Shown piece after piece: positions 21,009 through 30,816 of a stretch of 61,421 bases of DNA. The DNA is from a virus (Duplodnaviria; Caudoviricetes): positions 1 through 61,421 of the IMG/VR virus record IMGVR_UViG_3300017752_003321; one strand, 5' to 3'. The position numbers and the translations under genes were made by a program. The notes under the pieces were generated by a model. The model saw nothing but the letters and a program-made list of their open reading frames with translations, was not told the DNA's origin and did not search any database. Each line of letters begins with the position of its first letter. Position 1 is the first letter of the stretch.

Positions 21009-23089
21009 TGGCTTATACAATTAACTACTCAGATACTAACAAGGGTACTATCTCAATAGAAGATAATACAATTAATCAGCAAACAAGTCTAGATATTCCT
21101 GGACGTAACACAACTAGTTATGGGTCAGTTATTGCAGAAAGTTTTTTAAAGCAATTAGAAAATTTTGCTAATACATCAGCACCAAGAAATCCAATACAAG
21201 GACAGCTATGGTATGACAGTTCAACAGGCATTGATACATTAAAATTGTACGATGGCACAGACTGGGTAAATGCTAGTGGACTTAAAAAAGGAAGCACAGC
21301 ACCAGAGGTATCAAATGCACTGCAAGGCGATCTTTGGTCAGATACAGATAACAATCAGTTGTATATTTTTACAGGTAGTGGTTGGACACTTGTTGGACCA
21401 GAGTATAGTGACGGTTTGCTAACAGGAGCAAAGCCGGAGGTAGTTACAGGTAAAGATGAAGTACTTTATACAATCCTGCAACTTGAAGTTAGCGGAAGTC
21501 CTATTGCAATTTATTCAACAAGAACATTTCAACCAAAAAGTACAATCACAGGATTTACAATTATCCAACCTGGCTTGAATTTATCTTCAGCAAATATTGG
21601 CGGAGACGGAATAGCAAAATATCTAGGTACCAGTGAAAAAGCAGAAAACTTAGTTGTATCAGGTGCAAGTGTTGCGGCAAGTAACTTTTTAAGAAGTGAT
21701 GTTGCAAGTACATCATCAGAAAAATTAACAATTAGTAATAACTCAGGTATACAAGTAGGACAGGACGCTATTGTTACATTTGACGTACAAGGTACATCGG
21801 GAGTTGTAACTAACCTAACATCGGGTGCACCTATTGACTTTAAGGTTAATAACTTAGGTGTACAAGCAAATGTAATTAGAATTGACTCAACTGAAAAAGT
21901 TGGTATTAATACACTATCACCTGCAGAAGCATTAGATGTTGCAGGTTCTATACAAGCAAGTGCAAACTTAATTGTGCAAGGTACTACAGACAGTGCAAGT
22001 ATAGGAACAGGTGCAGTTAAGATTAGCGGCGGCGTAGGTATTGCTAAAAAATTATTTGTAGGAACAGATTTAAATGTTGCAGGAACCAGTACAGTAGGTG
22101 CAGTTGCACCTATAGCAACACAAACATATTCATTAGGCACAAGTGATAGACGCTGGTCACAAGTGCATGCAGTTGAATTTAGAGGTAATGTAGTAGGTAA
22201 CATAACAGGTACAGTTACAGGTGGAGCCGCAAATGCAAATAAACTTACAAGTGCTTCAACATTCCAATTGACAGGAGACGTAAGTTCTAATCAAATTACA
22301 TTTGATGGACAAGTTGGAGGAACTACAAAAACATTTAACACAGCAATCAGTAACACGTTTATTGCTAACAAGACACTTGCTACACAACCTAATAATGATG
22401 ATGAAATTATTATCAACAGAATTTCAGGTGATGATACAGGTGTATTTAAAATTTCACAAGCCGCACTAGTAAGCAGTGTTCCAGTTATACCAATTGGAAC
22501 TATTGTACCATTTGGCGGTGTTAACACACCAGCAGGATGGTTGTTATGTGATGGAACAGAAGTTAGAATTGCTGATTACTTAAATTTATATAATTCAGTA
22601 CAATATCAATTTAAAGATCAAAGCCAAGTTACATCAGGATTTTTTGGACTACCTGACTTTAGAGGTAGGTTCCCACTAGGTGCTGATAACATGGGCGGAT
22701 CAAGTGCTAATAGAGTATCAGACGCAAACGCTGATACAGTTGGACTAGCATCAGGTGTTGAAAGTAGAGCAATTGATGTTAAAAACTTACCAGAACACGA
22801 ACACGATTTAAGATCACCAAAAGGTGCTCAGTTTTATGTAATACTTGACGACAGTGGCGTTCAGCAAGATGCTGATACAATACCATATGATGCTCCAACA
22901 GGATCAGGAGCAGGACAAGCTAGAACATCATCAGGTGGTGTGTTAAACAGAAGAAACATTGCTTACAATCTAAACACAGGTTTAGAAGAATTTGAAACTT
23001 TTGATATTACAGAGCTTGGAACTCCATACAATGTTATGAACCCGTTCTTAACAGTCAAATATATTATCTATACGGGAGTCGGGGGCTAA
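21008..23089 (+). CDS. tail fibre protein with tail-collar domain
   Basis: Collar motif PIGTIVPFGG..PAGWLLCDG...LPDFRGRFPLG, NLPEHEH tip motif and MNPFLTVKYII end. Shares its N-terminal module with the next two genes. Confidence 0.85.
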   Translation: MAYTINYSDTNKGTISIEDNTINQQTSLDIPGRNTTSYGSVIAESFLKQLENFANTSAPRNPIQGQLWYDSSTGIDTLKLYDGTDWVNASGLKKGSTAPEVSNALQGDLWSDTDNNQLYIFTGSGWTLVGPEYSDGLLTGAKPEVVTGKDEVLYTILQLEVSGSPIAIYSTRTFQPKSTITGFTIIQPGLNLSSANIGGDGIAKYLGTSEKAENLVVSGASVAASNFLRSDVASTSSEKLTISNNSGIQVGQDAIVTFDVQGTSGVVTNLTSGAPIDFKVNNLGVQANVIRIDSTEKVGINTLSPAEALDVAGSIQASANLIVQGTTDSASIGTGAVKISGGVGIAKKLFVGTDLNVAGTSTVGAVAPIATQTYSLGTSDRRWSQVHAVEFRGNVVGNITGTVTGGAANANKLTSASTFQLTGDVSSNQITFDGQVGGTTKTFNTAISNTFIANKTLATQPNNDDEIIINRISGDDTGVFKISQAALVSSVPVIPIGTIVPFGGVNTPAGWLLCDGTEVRIADYLNLYNSVQYQFKDQSQVTSGFFGLPDFRGRFPLGADNMGGSSANRVSDANADTVGLASGVESRAIDVKNLPEHEHDLRSPKGAQFYVILDDSGVQQDADTIPYDAPTGSGAGQARTSSGGVLNRRNIAYNLNTGLEEFETFDITELGTPYNVMNPFLTVKYIIYTGVGG

Positions 23090-23090
23090 T

Positions 23091-24932
23091 ATGGCATATC
23101 AGATTAATAAGACTACGGGTGCTTTACTTGTAAATTTAGCAGACGGACAAATTGATGTAACAAGCACTGATATTACATTAATTGGAAAAAACTACACAGG
23201 TTTTGGTGAAGCAATTAACGAAAACTTTGTTAAGATGCTTGAAAACTTTGCAAACGCATCGTCGCCATCTAATCCACTAGCAGGACAAATTTGGTGGGAT
23301 TCATCAAACAGTAGATTAAAAGTTTATACAGGTACTGATTGGACAACAGGTGGAGGACCTATTGTACAACCTAAGCAACCTACAATGGTTGCAGGTGACA
23401 TGTGGATTGATAATGATGCAAATCAATTATACTTTTTTGATGGCACTGATTTAGAATTAGCAGGCCCAATTTACAATGCATTCCAAGGTAAGTCTGGACC
23501 TGAAGTTGTAACCGTGCTAGACAACACAGGTACAAGTAGAACTATTGTTAAGTACTGGGTAGGTGGTACATTTGTAGGCTTATGGAGTAAAGTTCCATTT
23601 ACTCCGCAAAACGTAGATACAATTCCAGGATTTACAGGCGATGTTGTAAAAGGATTTAATGTTGTTGACTCAGATTTTGTATTTGCTGGCACAGCGTCTA
23701 GAACATCAGCACTAGTTGACAGTAATAATGTTTCAAGAACAGCGGCACAGTTCCTTGCAAGTGACTCTGATGATGCAACATCAGGTGCATTAACAGTTAG
23801 AAACAATTTAGGACTTACAATTGGACTTACAGACAACAATGTTACAAAAGTAACATCAGAAGGTGTTGTTAATGAGAACCAAGTATCAGGACAAAACTAC
23901 ACATTTAGAATGACTACCAGCAGTGGTAAGACTGATGCAATGACGATTGATTCATCAAATAGCAGAATTGGTATTTTTAACACTAGTCCAACAGAAACAT
24001 TAGACGTTGGTGGCAACATGAGAGTAGCCGGAAACTTAATTGTTGACGGAGAGACAACAGAACTTGATGTACAAAAATTATTAGTTAGAGATAAAAGTAT
24101 AGAATTAGCAAAAGGTGACGATAGTACGTTGCTTGACGACGCAGGAGTTGACCAAGCAGGTATAACAGTTGCATCTTCAAACGGTACAAAAGAATTTTTA
24201 TGGCGTAACAATACAAACTCATGGACATCTAATGTAAGCGTAAACTTAACTGGAGCAAGTTCACTTAAATTTAACGGGGTTGATATTATTACAGGATCAT
24301 CAGCAGTTGGTATTACAAGTGTTGGTGCATTAACAACAGCAAATATTGGTAGTTTTAGCTTTACAGGCGGCAATGCTTTATCTACAACCACTGTAGATGG
24401 AAGCGGAAACGGTATGAACATTACAGCGGCCGGTAATATTAACTTAGTCACATCAAGACAAATTAGAAATGTTAGTGATCCAACAGCGGCACAAGATGTT
24501 GCAACTAAAAATTATGTTGATAGTAGCATTAATTTAGAAGTGATAGCACTAGCATTAGACGTTACAGGACTAGGAACAGCAGGAACTGCACAACAGCATA
24601 CAAATATAGCTACAATTTTAAATGATATTTCACCGGCAAACACAAAACAAAACGGTACTGAAGCTAGAATACACTGTACAACCACTACAGGTGCTACAGC
24701 GACACTTACAGGTTCTGCTTTGAACACTGCATTTAATGAAAATACAATACTAGTACAGCAAAAAGATAATAGCGGCAACGATGATGGCTCTGTAAGTGTT
24801 ATTCAAAGTGCTACATTTAATGATGCTACTGGTGCTATTACATCTACAGTAACAAGAACACTTAAATTATTTAGAATTTCATCAGGAGCATGGGGTTATG
24901 TCCAAGACTTGACTCCGGGTAGTTTGATATAA
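23091..24932 (+). CDS. tail fibre protein
   Basis: Shared N-terminal module (LIGKNYTGFGEAINENFVKMLENFA..P.NP..GQIWWD), RIGIF..SP.ETLDV.G and DPTAAQDVATKNYVD fibre motifs. Confidence 0.8.
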   Translation: MAYQINKTTGALLVNLADGQIDVTSTDITLIGKNYTGFGEAINENFVKMLENFANASSPSNPLAGQIWWDSSNSRLKVYTGTDWTTGGGPIVQPKQPTMVAGDMWIDNDANQLYFFDGTDLELAGPIYNAFQGKSGPEVVTVLDNTGTSRTIVKYWVGGTFVGLWSKVPFTPQNVDTIPGFTGDVVKGFNVVDSDFVFAGTASRTSALVDSNNVSRTAAQFLASDSDDATSGALTVRNNLGLTIGLTDNNVTKVTSEGVVNENQVSGQNYTFRMTTSSGKTDAMTIDSSNSRIGIFNTSPTETLDVGGNMRVAGNLIVDGETTELDVQKLLVRDKSIELAKGDDSTLLDDAGVDQAGITVASSNGTKEFLWRNNTNSWTSNVSVNLTGASSLKFNGVDIITGSSAVGITSVGALTTANIGSFSFTGGNALSTTTVDGSGNGMNITAAGNINLVTSRQIRNVSDPTAAQDVATKNYVDSSINLEVIALALDVTGLGTAGTAQQHTNIATILNDISPANTKQNGTEARIHCTTTTGATATLTGSALNTAFNENTILVQQKDNSGNDDGSVSVIQSATFNDATGAITSTVTRTLKLFRISSGAWGYVQDLTPGSLI

Positions 24933-24944
24933 ATACATATAACA
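24923..24944 (+). promoter_or_regulatory. late promoter TTTGATATAAATACATATAACA
   Basis: Exact T4 late consensus TATAAATA at 24928-24935, followed by SD AGGGG. 21/22 identical to the minus-strand element at 58177-58198. Confidence 0.75.
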
Positions 24945-24961
24945 CAATTAGGGGTTAATAA

Positions 24962-26452
24962 ATGGCATACGTAATAAATTTAACAAATGGAGGGTCGTTA
25001 GTAACGGTCGAAGACGGAACCATTGACCAGAGTACTTCACTTAAATTAGTAGGTAAGAACTATGCTGGTTATGGTGAAATTCAAAACGAAAACTTTATCC
25101 ATTTACTAGAAAACTTTTCTAGTGCAAGTCAGCCAGCTGGTCCATTATCTGGACAGATTTGGTTTGATAATTCAGTAAAAAAATTAAAGTTCTACGATGG
25201 AACAAAATTTAGAACAACAGGCGGAGCAGAAGTTGCTACTACCCAACCAGTTGGTTTAACAACAGGTGATTTTTGGTGGGATAGCGGTAACAATCAGTTA
25301 TATGCACAAAATGCCGACGGTGGATTTGTCCTAATTGGTCCACAGTCAATAGGTACTACAGTAAGTGCTATGGTAACTGCACAAATACGTGATAACAATC
25401 AAGTAAACAGAACTGTAATTAAAGGTACTGTTGATGATGGTGTGGTTTTTATTGTAAGTAATTCAGAATTTACAATTGATACTACAGATCCAGCAAATGT
25501 TATATCAGGTTTTGATGTAGTACGTCAAGGATTAACCCTAAGAAACACAACAAATGCTACAAACGGTGTGACAAGTTCAGCACACAGATACCACGGTACA
25601 GCAACAAACTCTGAAAGACTTGGCGGAGTGCTTGCTTCACAGTTTGTACAAAACACACCAGGAGAAGAAAGTTCATTTGGTGATATTGTTAGATTTTCCG
25701 ATGCAGGTCTGACAGTTGGTGCGGCAAATGACTTAGCAGTTTACATTGATACATCTGGCGCAGGTAACGAAGGTATTATTGAAAACACAGTAGGACAAAA
25801 AATTAGATTTAAAGTTAAATCATCCGGTGGAGTATCAACAGAAGTATTAAGTATACAAGCAACTGGACTTATTCCAACAATAACAGGAACTTTTGACATT
25901 GGTGATGCAAACTATAAATGGAGAAACATGTATGCTACTTCATTTAACGGATTAGCAACACAGGCGATTGCACTACAAGTTGGATCAAATTATAGAACAG
26001 GTGATGTAAATCCAACTAATAACACAGTTGCAGTACGTGATTCAAGCGGTAACATTTCTGCTAACGTGTTTAACGGTGTTTCAACAAGTGCAAGATATGC
26101 TGACTTGGCAGAGAAATATACTACAGCAGAAGAACATCCGGTAGGAACAGCTATGGAAGTATGCACACACGAAGAGCATGAAGCAGGACCTGCAAAAGCA
26201 AGTTCAATGTGTATTGGTGTAATTTCAGCAGAACCTGCATACTTAATGAATAGCGAAGCAGAAGGCCAAGCAATTGGTCTTAAAGGTCGTGTTCCAGTAA
26301 GAGTAAAAGGTATTGTTAAGAAAGGTGAAGCAGTTTACGCTTGGGAAGATGGAGTAAGCTCAACAGTACAAACTACAGCGTTAGTTGGTATTGCACTAGA
26401 AGCTAGTGATGATGAATCAGAAAAACTAATCGAGTGTGTACTTAAAGTATAA
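24962..26452 (+). CDS. tail fibre/spike with C-terminal Peptidase_G2-like intramolecular chaperone domain
   Basis: Shared N-terminal module. C-terminal ARYADLAEKY...IGVIS..PAYLMN...LKGRVPVRV.G...VGIALE. Confidence 0.8.
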   Translation: MAYVINLTNGGSLVTVEDGTIDQSTSLKLVGKNYAGYGEIQNENFIHLLENFSSASQPAGPLSGQIWFDNSVKKLKFYDGTKFRTTGGAEVATTQPVGLTTGDFWWDSGNNQLYAQNADGGFVLIGPQSIGTTVSAMVTAQIRDNNQVNRTVIKGTVDDGVVFIVSNSEFTIDTTDPANVISGFDVVRQGLTLRNTTNATNGVTSSAHRYHGTATNSERLGGVLASQFVQNTPGEESSFGDIVRFSDAGLTVGAANDLAVYIDTSGAGNEGIIENTVGQKIRFKVKSSGGVSTEVLSIQATGLIPTITGTFDIGDANYKWRNMYATSFNGLATQAIALQVGSNYRTGDVNPTNNTVAVRDSSGNISANVFNGVSTSARYADLAEKYTTAEEHPVGTAMEVCTHEEHEAGPAKASSMCIGVISAEPAYLMNSEAEGQAIGLKGRVPVRVKGIVKKGEAVYAWEDGVSSTVQTTALVGIALEASDDESEKLIECVLKV

Positions 26453-26471
26453 GTATTAAAAAGGAAGTAAT

Positions 26472-27386
26472 ATGGCAGTAGGCGATACAATTACCGCGGC
26501 GCGGTATAACATTATTCAAGCAAGAATTGCGGCAGTGATTGGTCTAGGATCAGGTGACGAAGGTTATGGTCAGGCTAGAGCAAGTAGCACAGTTGCAGTA
26601 GGTGCAACAGTAACAGCTCAAGACATGACAAACTTGTTTACTGACATGACTAAGATTAGATTGCATCAAACAGGAACGGCGCCAGTTGAGATTGCACAGC
26701 CTAGTGTAGGTGACACAATTTTAGATTCAAATTCTACTAACAAAGAAGGCTACGTACAGTATGAAACATTAAGTACAACAGCACAAGCGGCAAGATTAAA
26801 TGCGGCGGCAAGTCAGTTAGGCTTGCAATCTGGTACATCTAGTTCAAGATCTTCAAGTTGGTCAACAGACATCAATACTACATTCACAGTAACCTTTGGT
26901 GGATATTCAGTTACTAACGGTGACGGATCAACAACTACAATTAGTGGTACAGATCATATGCGTGTATTTTTTAATGCAGGCGGTACTGTAAATTTAAGTG
27001 GATCAATTGGATCCGGTAACACAACAATCAATAATGATTGGCGTAACTTAATGACAAGTGTTGGTACAGTTGTGTTTGGTAGAGCAACTACAAGTAATGG
27101 TTCAACAGGTACAAACTATGGCTATTCAAACTTGCCAACTAGTTTTGTAACAATTTTTAACAAAACAGCAAGTGCATATAGTCAAAACGACTATTTGATC
27201 CAAGCGAAAAAAAGTGGAGCAGTTTTAACATTCAGAGTTACGTTTAACGAAGATAAAACAGGTAATCCAAATTTTGACGAAGCTGTTACAGCGACTACAA
27301 CAAGCACAGCACAGCTTAATAGACCTAACAACTCTAGTAGTGTTAACATATCAGCGCCAACTTTCAACAATACAGACAACCTATAA
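26472..27386 (+). CDS. Ser/Thr/Gly-rich virion structural protein
   Basis: 304 aa, AAGGAAG SD. GDTITAARYN, GYGQ, FFNAGG.V motifs. Composition matches the neighbouring fibre genes. Confidence 0.65.
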   Translation: MAVGDTITAARYNIIQARIAAVIGLGSGDEGYGQARASSTVAVGATVTAQDMTNLFTDMTKIRLHQTGTAPVEIAQPSVGDTILDSNSTNKEGYVQYETLSTTAQAARLNAAASQLGLQSGTSSSRSSSWSTDINTTFTVTFGGYSVTNGDGSTTTISGTDHMRVFFNAGGTVNLSGSIGSGNTTINNDWRNLMTSVGTVVFGRATTSNGSTGTNYGYSNLPTSFVTIFNKTASAYSQNDYLIQAKKSGAVLTFRVTFNEDKTGNPNFDEAVTATTTSTAQLNRPNNSSSVNISAPTFNNTDNL

Positions 27387-27390
27387 GAGT

Positions 27391-27396
27391 AAATAG
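27391..27396 (+). promoter_or_regulatory. late-type promoter element TAAATA heading the enzyme island
   Basis: GAGTAAATAGT in the 34-bp gap, followed by SD AGGAG and ATG 27421. Confidence 0.5.
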
Positions 27397-27420
27397 TAAT
27401 ACTAAAGTAGGAGTATAACT

Positions 27421-27768
27421 ATGGACGAAGCACTAGAAAAAGCATTAGATTTTTCTAATTTTACCGCAACTCTTAATGCACAAAAACGTATATTACATGA
27501 AAAGTATCTTGACGAGCTTGTAATGTACTCCGATAATGGCAAATTTACAATTACCAAAGAACTTCTAAATTTTGTTTTCATGCTTAGTAAGGGCGGTATA
27601 GAGAAAACAGTCATAGTTGATGATAACTATACACCAATACAAATAGACAGTGTTGTTGACTTTGTGTCAAAAGCAATGCAACAATATACAGATGCAACTA
27701 ACAAGTACTTAGACGAATATAAAGCTCTAAGCACCAAGCGTAGTGTAGAAGGTTTAGTTGATGTCTAA
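27421..27768 (+). CDS. hypothetical protein, first gene of the enzyme operon
   Basis: 115 aa with strong SD. Overlaps the next gene. Confidence 0.75.
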   Translation: MDEALEKALDFSNFTATLNAQKRILHEKYLDELVMYSDNGKFTITKELLNFVFMLSKGGIEKTVIVDDNYTPIQIDSVVDFVSKAMQQYTDATNKYLDEYKALSTKRSVEGLVDV

Positions 27769-28585
27769 TGGTGTACTATGCTTCGCACATAATAACGGAA
27801 AAATAGACTATTTAAAGCAAGCAGAATTCCTTGCAAAGCGTGTAAAACAACATTTAAATCTTCCAACTACCTTAGTTACGTCTACGCCACAAAGTCTTAA
27901 CAGCAATAAAGTATTTGATCAAGTAATTAAAATAGCAGATGATAATAGTAACGTAAAGCGTTATTATAATGGCTCTCTACATCACCAAAGATTATTATTT
28001 AAAAATAACGACAGAGTAAAAAGTTATGAATTATCTCCTTATGATACTACACTTGTCCTTGATACAGATTACATAATTTGTAACGATGTATTTAAAAATG
28101 CATTTAATAACTTACATAGTTTTCAAATATATAAAAAAGGAATTGATTTGTGTAGTTGGCGTAAGCATAAAGAATTTGATTATATTAATAATACTGGTAT
28201 TCCTTTTTATTGGGCAACTTGCTTTTGTTTTACAAAAACACAAGAAACAAAAATATTCTTTGACCTGTTGAAACACTTAGTAGATAATTGGAAACATTAC
28301 GAACAAGTATATAATTTAGGAAGCAGAAACTTTAGAAACGATCATGTGTTTAGTATTGCTATACATATAATGAACGGATTCAAAGACGATAATTGGGCAA
28401 AGACTTTACCGGGTAAGATGTTTTATACATTAGATAGGGATATTGTCAAAGCTATCAAAGATGATTGTATTACATTCTTAATACAAAAAGAAAAATATGT
28501 AGGAGAATATATTTTAGCATCAACAAAAGACTGTAATGTACATGTCATGAATAAGTTTAGTTTGGGAGAACTTATAAATGGATAA
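27761..28585 (+). CDS. GT-A fold glycosyltransferase-like protein (GT8/mannosyltransferase-like)
   Basis: ATG 27761. YELSPYDTTLVLDTDY contains the DxD motif. Paralogue of the next gene. Confidence 0.7.
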   Translation: MSNGVLCFAHNNGKIDYLKQAEFLAKRVKQHLNLPTTLVTSTPQSLNSNKVFDQVIKIADDNSNVKRYYNGSLHHQRLLFKNNDRVKSYELSPYDTTLVLDTDYIICNDVFKNAFNNLHSFQIYKKGIDLCSWRKHKEFDYINNTGIPFYWATCFCFTKTQETKIFFDLLKHLVDNWKHYEQVYNLGSRNFRNDHVFSIAIHIMNGFKDDNWAKTLPGKMFYTLDRDIVKAIKDDCITFLIQKEKYVGEYILASTKDCNVHVMNKFSLGELING

Positions 28586-29375
28586 GGGATATATTATGGT
28601 AGCTATGGGTGATGACTATGTGCGTCAAGCATATTTGTGTGCATTGAGTATAAAGAAAACACAATCAATTAAAAATGTGTCAATAGTAACAAGTGACATA
28701 GTTCCAGAAGAATATAAAAGTGTGTTTGATAAAATTATAGAAGTACCGTGGCATGACAAACACTCACAAAGTTTTTATAAAACAGAACACAGATGGAAAG
28801 TATTTCATTTAACTCCATATGATGAAACAGTTGTACTAGACACTGATATGATATTTTTATCAGATGTTTCGCATTGGTGGAAATACTTTGCAGAAAAAAG
28901 TATAGGCTTTGTAAGCAAAGTAAGTGATTATCGAGGTAATATTATTACAAATGATTTCTATAGAAAAGCATTTACAGCAAATAATTTACCTAATATATAT
29001 TGTGCCTTTCATTATTTTAAAAAAGATGACACAGCATTAGATTATTATAAAGTATTAAATAGAGTGTGTGAGAACTTTGAAAAATATTATCAAGTATATG
29101 TTCCTAAGCAAAGTCCTAAATTAAGTAGTATGGATGTAAATCATGCTGTTGCATTACTTGATTGCAATATACAAGACTACAATATTAATTCTGCATCTTT
29201 TACACATATGAAAAGTAAAGTACAAGGATGGGATAACCCAACCGATACTTGGACTGATACTGTGCCATATTATATTAGTGACGAATTAAAAGTTGGCAAT
29301 TATAAACAGCATGGAATTTTTCACTATACAGAAAATAGTTTTTGCGAGGAGATGTTATGCAACATGTTAAAATAG
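28578..29375 (+). CDS. GT-A fold glycosyltransferase-like protein (GT8/mannosyltransferase-like)
   Basis: KGYIMVA.G..Y...A..CALSIK, FHLTPYDETVVLDTDMIF (DxD), C-terminal FHY. Confidence 0.72.
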   Translation: MDKGYIMVAMGDDYVRQAYLCALSIKKTQSIKNVSIVTSDIVPEEYKSVFDKIIEVPWHDKHSQSFYKTEHRWKVFHLTPYDETVVLDTDMIFLSDVSHWWKYFAEKSIGFVSKVSDYRGNIITNDFYRKAFTANNLPNIYCAFHYFKKDDTALDYYKVLNRVCENFEKYYQVYVPKQSPKLSSMDVNHAVALLDCNIQDYNINSASFTHMKSKVQGWDNPTDTWTDTVPYYISDELKVGNYKQHGIFHYTENSFCEEMLCNMLK

Positions 29376-29896
29376 ATACTCCGCAGTATGTTTGTTTTAA
29401 TCAAAAGACTGGTGAAATTTTTAGTATTGGACCTAGCATAGAAGAAGGATATCAGTATTTTGAGGTTACCGAAGAAGAGATTGAACCTATAAAAACTTTT
29501 AAAGCAAACATGACTGACTATGTTGTAGCGTATAACAGGACTGATAAAGCATTTGTTCTTAAAAAGAATATTTATATTGAACACACAGAACAATTTACAG
29601 AAATTATGCCTGCAGATGAATCTGCTATGTATGATTTACTTTTAACGGTTGACAAAAAGTCTAAAAGATGTTATATTAGTACAGGTATTGAATTATTAGA
29701 TACAATGAAAACAACAAATGTAGATCTTCAAAAAGAGATTACTTTTAGTTTTACAAAGAAAGGTGATCCGCACATATTGTATGATATGGCTACATTTAAT
29801 ATTGCTGACCCTAAAGAACAGATGATTAACATTAAAGATGCATATAGTATCTATGCAAGTAGTGATATGGCAACTTGTATGTATAAGGAGTTATAA
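29357..29896 (+). CDS. hypothetical protein
   Basis: ATG 29357 follows SD GAGGAG, preferred over TTG 29342. Coupled to the next gene. Confidence 0.7.
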   Translation: MQHVKIDTPQYVCFNQKTGEIFSIGPSIEEGYQYFEVTEEEIEPIKTFKANMTDYVVAYNRTDKAFVLKKNIYIEHTEQFTEIMPADESAMYDLLLTVDKKSKRCYISTGIELLDTMKTTNVDLQKEITFSFTKKGDPHILYDMATFNIADPKEQMINIKDAYSIYASSDMATCMYKEL

Positions 29897-30816
29897 TGAA
29901 AGTAAAAATTGCAGAAGTAGATATAATTTATTTAAGTTATGATGAACCAAATGCTGATAAAAATTATGCAGACCTATTAACAAAAGTTCCTTGGGCAAAA
30001 CGTGTACACGGTGTAGAAGGTTCAGATGCCGCACATAAAGCGTGTGCTAAATTAAGCGAAACAGAGCGTTTTATTACAGTAGACGGTGACAATACTATAC
30101 GTCAAGACTTTATTAATCAAGTGTTAGATTTTGATGAACACACAGACTTAGAGCATAGTGTAATTAGTTGGTGTGGCAAAAATGCTATTAATGGATTACT
30201 GTATGGAAATGGCGGATTAAAATGTTGGCCAAAGCAGTATGTTTTAGATATGAAAACACATGAAAATGCTGATCCTGATAATAAACAAGCACAAGTTGAT
30301 TTCTGTTGGGACTTACAATATATTCAACAAAATAGTTGTTATTCAGATGTTCATAATAATGAAACACCGCATCAAGCATGGCGAGCTGGATTTAGAGAAG
30401 GCGTAAAAATGGCACTTGATCGCGGAGTGAAGCCAACTAAAGAAGAATTTCTAAACGGTCATTGGAAAAATTTACATAGACTATGGATTTGGTTAATGGT
30501 TGGTGCAGATGTTAAAAACGGTAGTTGGGCAATATTAGGAGCCAGAGAAGGACTTGCTATGACAATGCTTAGTGATTGGGATTATGTGAATGTAAGAGAT
30601 TTTGAATACTTAAATGATTTGTGGGGCGGAAGAGATGAAATGCCTGCAGATGTGTTGCATGATGAAATTTATAATTACGGCGGTCAGTTAATAAATGACT
30701 TAGATGCTCCTATTGCTATTCAACCTTTCAATGAAGAACAAAGTCAATTTTTTAAAACTGTTTATCAAAATCCAAGCAGAGGTGGCAATCAACAGTTCAT
30801 TGATAAGGAAAATTAA
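29896..30816 (+). CDS. glycosyltransferase-like protein (GT2-like, DxD)
   Basis: DIIYLSYDEPNA, RVHGV.G...AH.A.A, FITVDGD, YGNGGLK, AWRAGFREG.K. Paralogue of 32176-32856. Confidence 0.65.
   Translation: MKVKIAEVDIIYLSYDEPNADKNYADLLTKVPWAKRVHGVEGSDAAHKACAKLSETERFITVDGDNTIRQDFINQVLDFDEHTDLEHSVISWCGKNAINGLLYGNGGLKCWPKQYVLDMKTHENADPDNKQAQVDFCWDLQYIQQNSCYSDVHNNETPHQAWRAGFREGVKMALDRGVKPTKEEFLNGHWKNLHRLWIWLMVGADVKNGSWAILGAREGLAMTMLSDWDYVNVRDFEYLNDLWGGRDEMPADVLHDEIYNYGGQLINDLDAPIAIQPFNEEQSQFFKTVYQNPSRGGNQQFIDKEN

Noticed and set aside
21118-24778. Long antisense ORFs over the fibre genes (e.g. 21529-22203, 23897-24451) and similar shadow ORFs elsewhere
   Set aside because: They mirror well-supported genes codon for codon, have no SD or recognisable motifs, and are expected from Thr/Gly/Ala/Val-rich codon bias.
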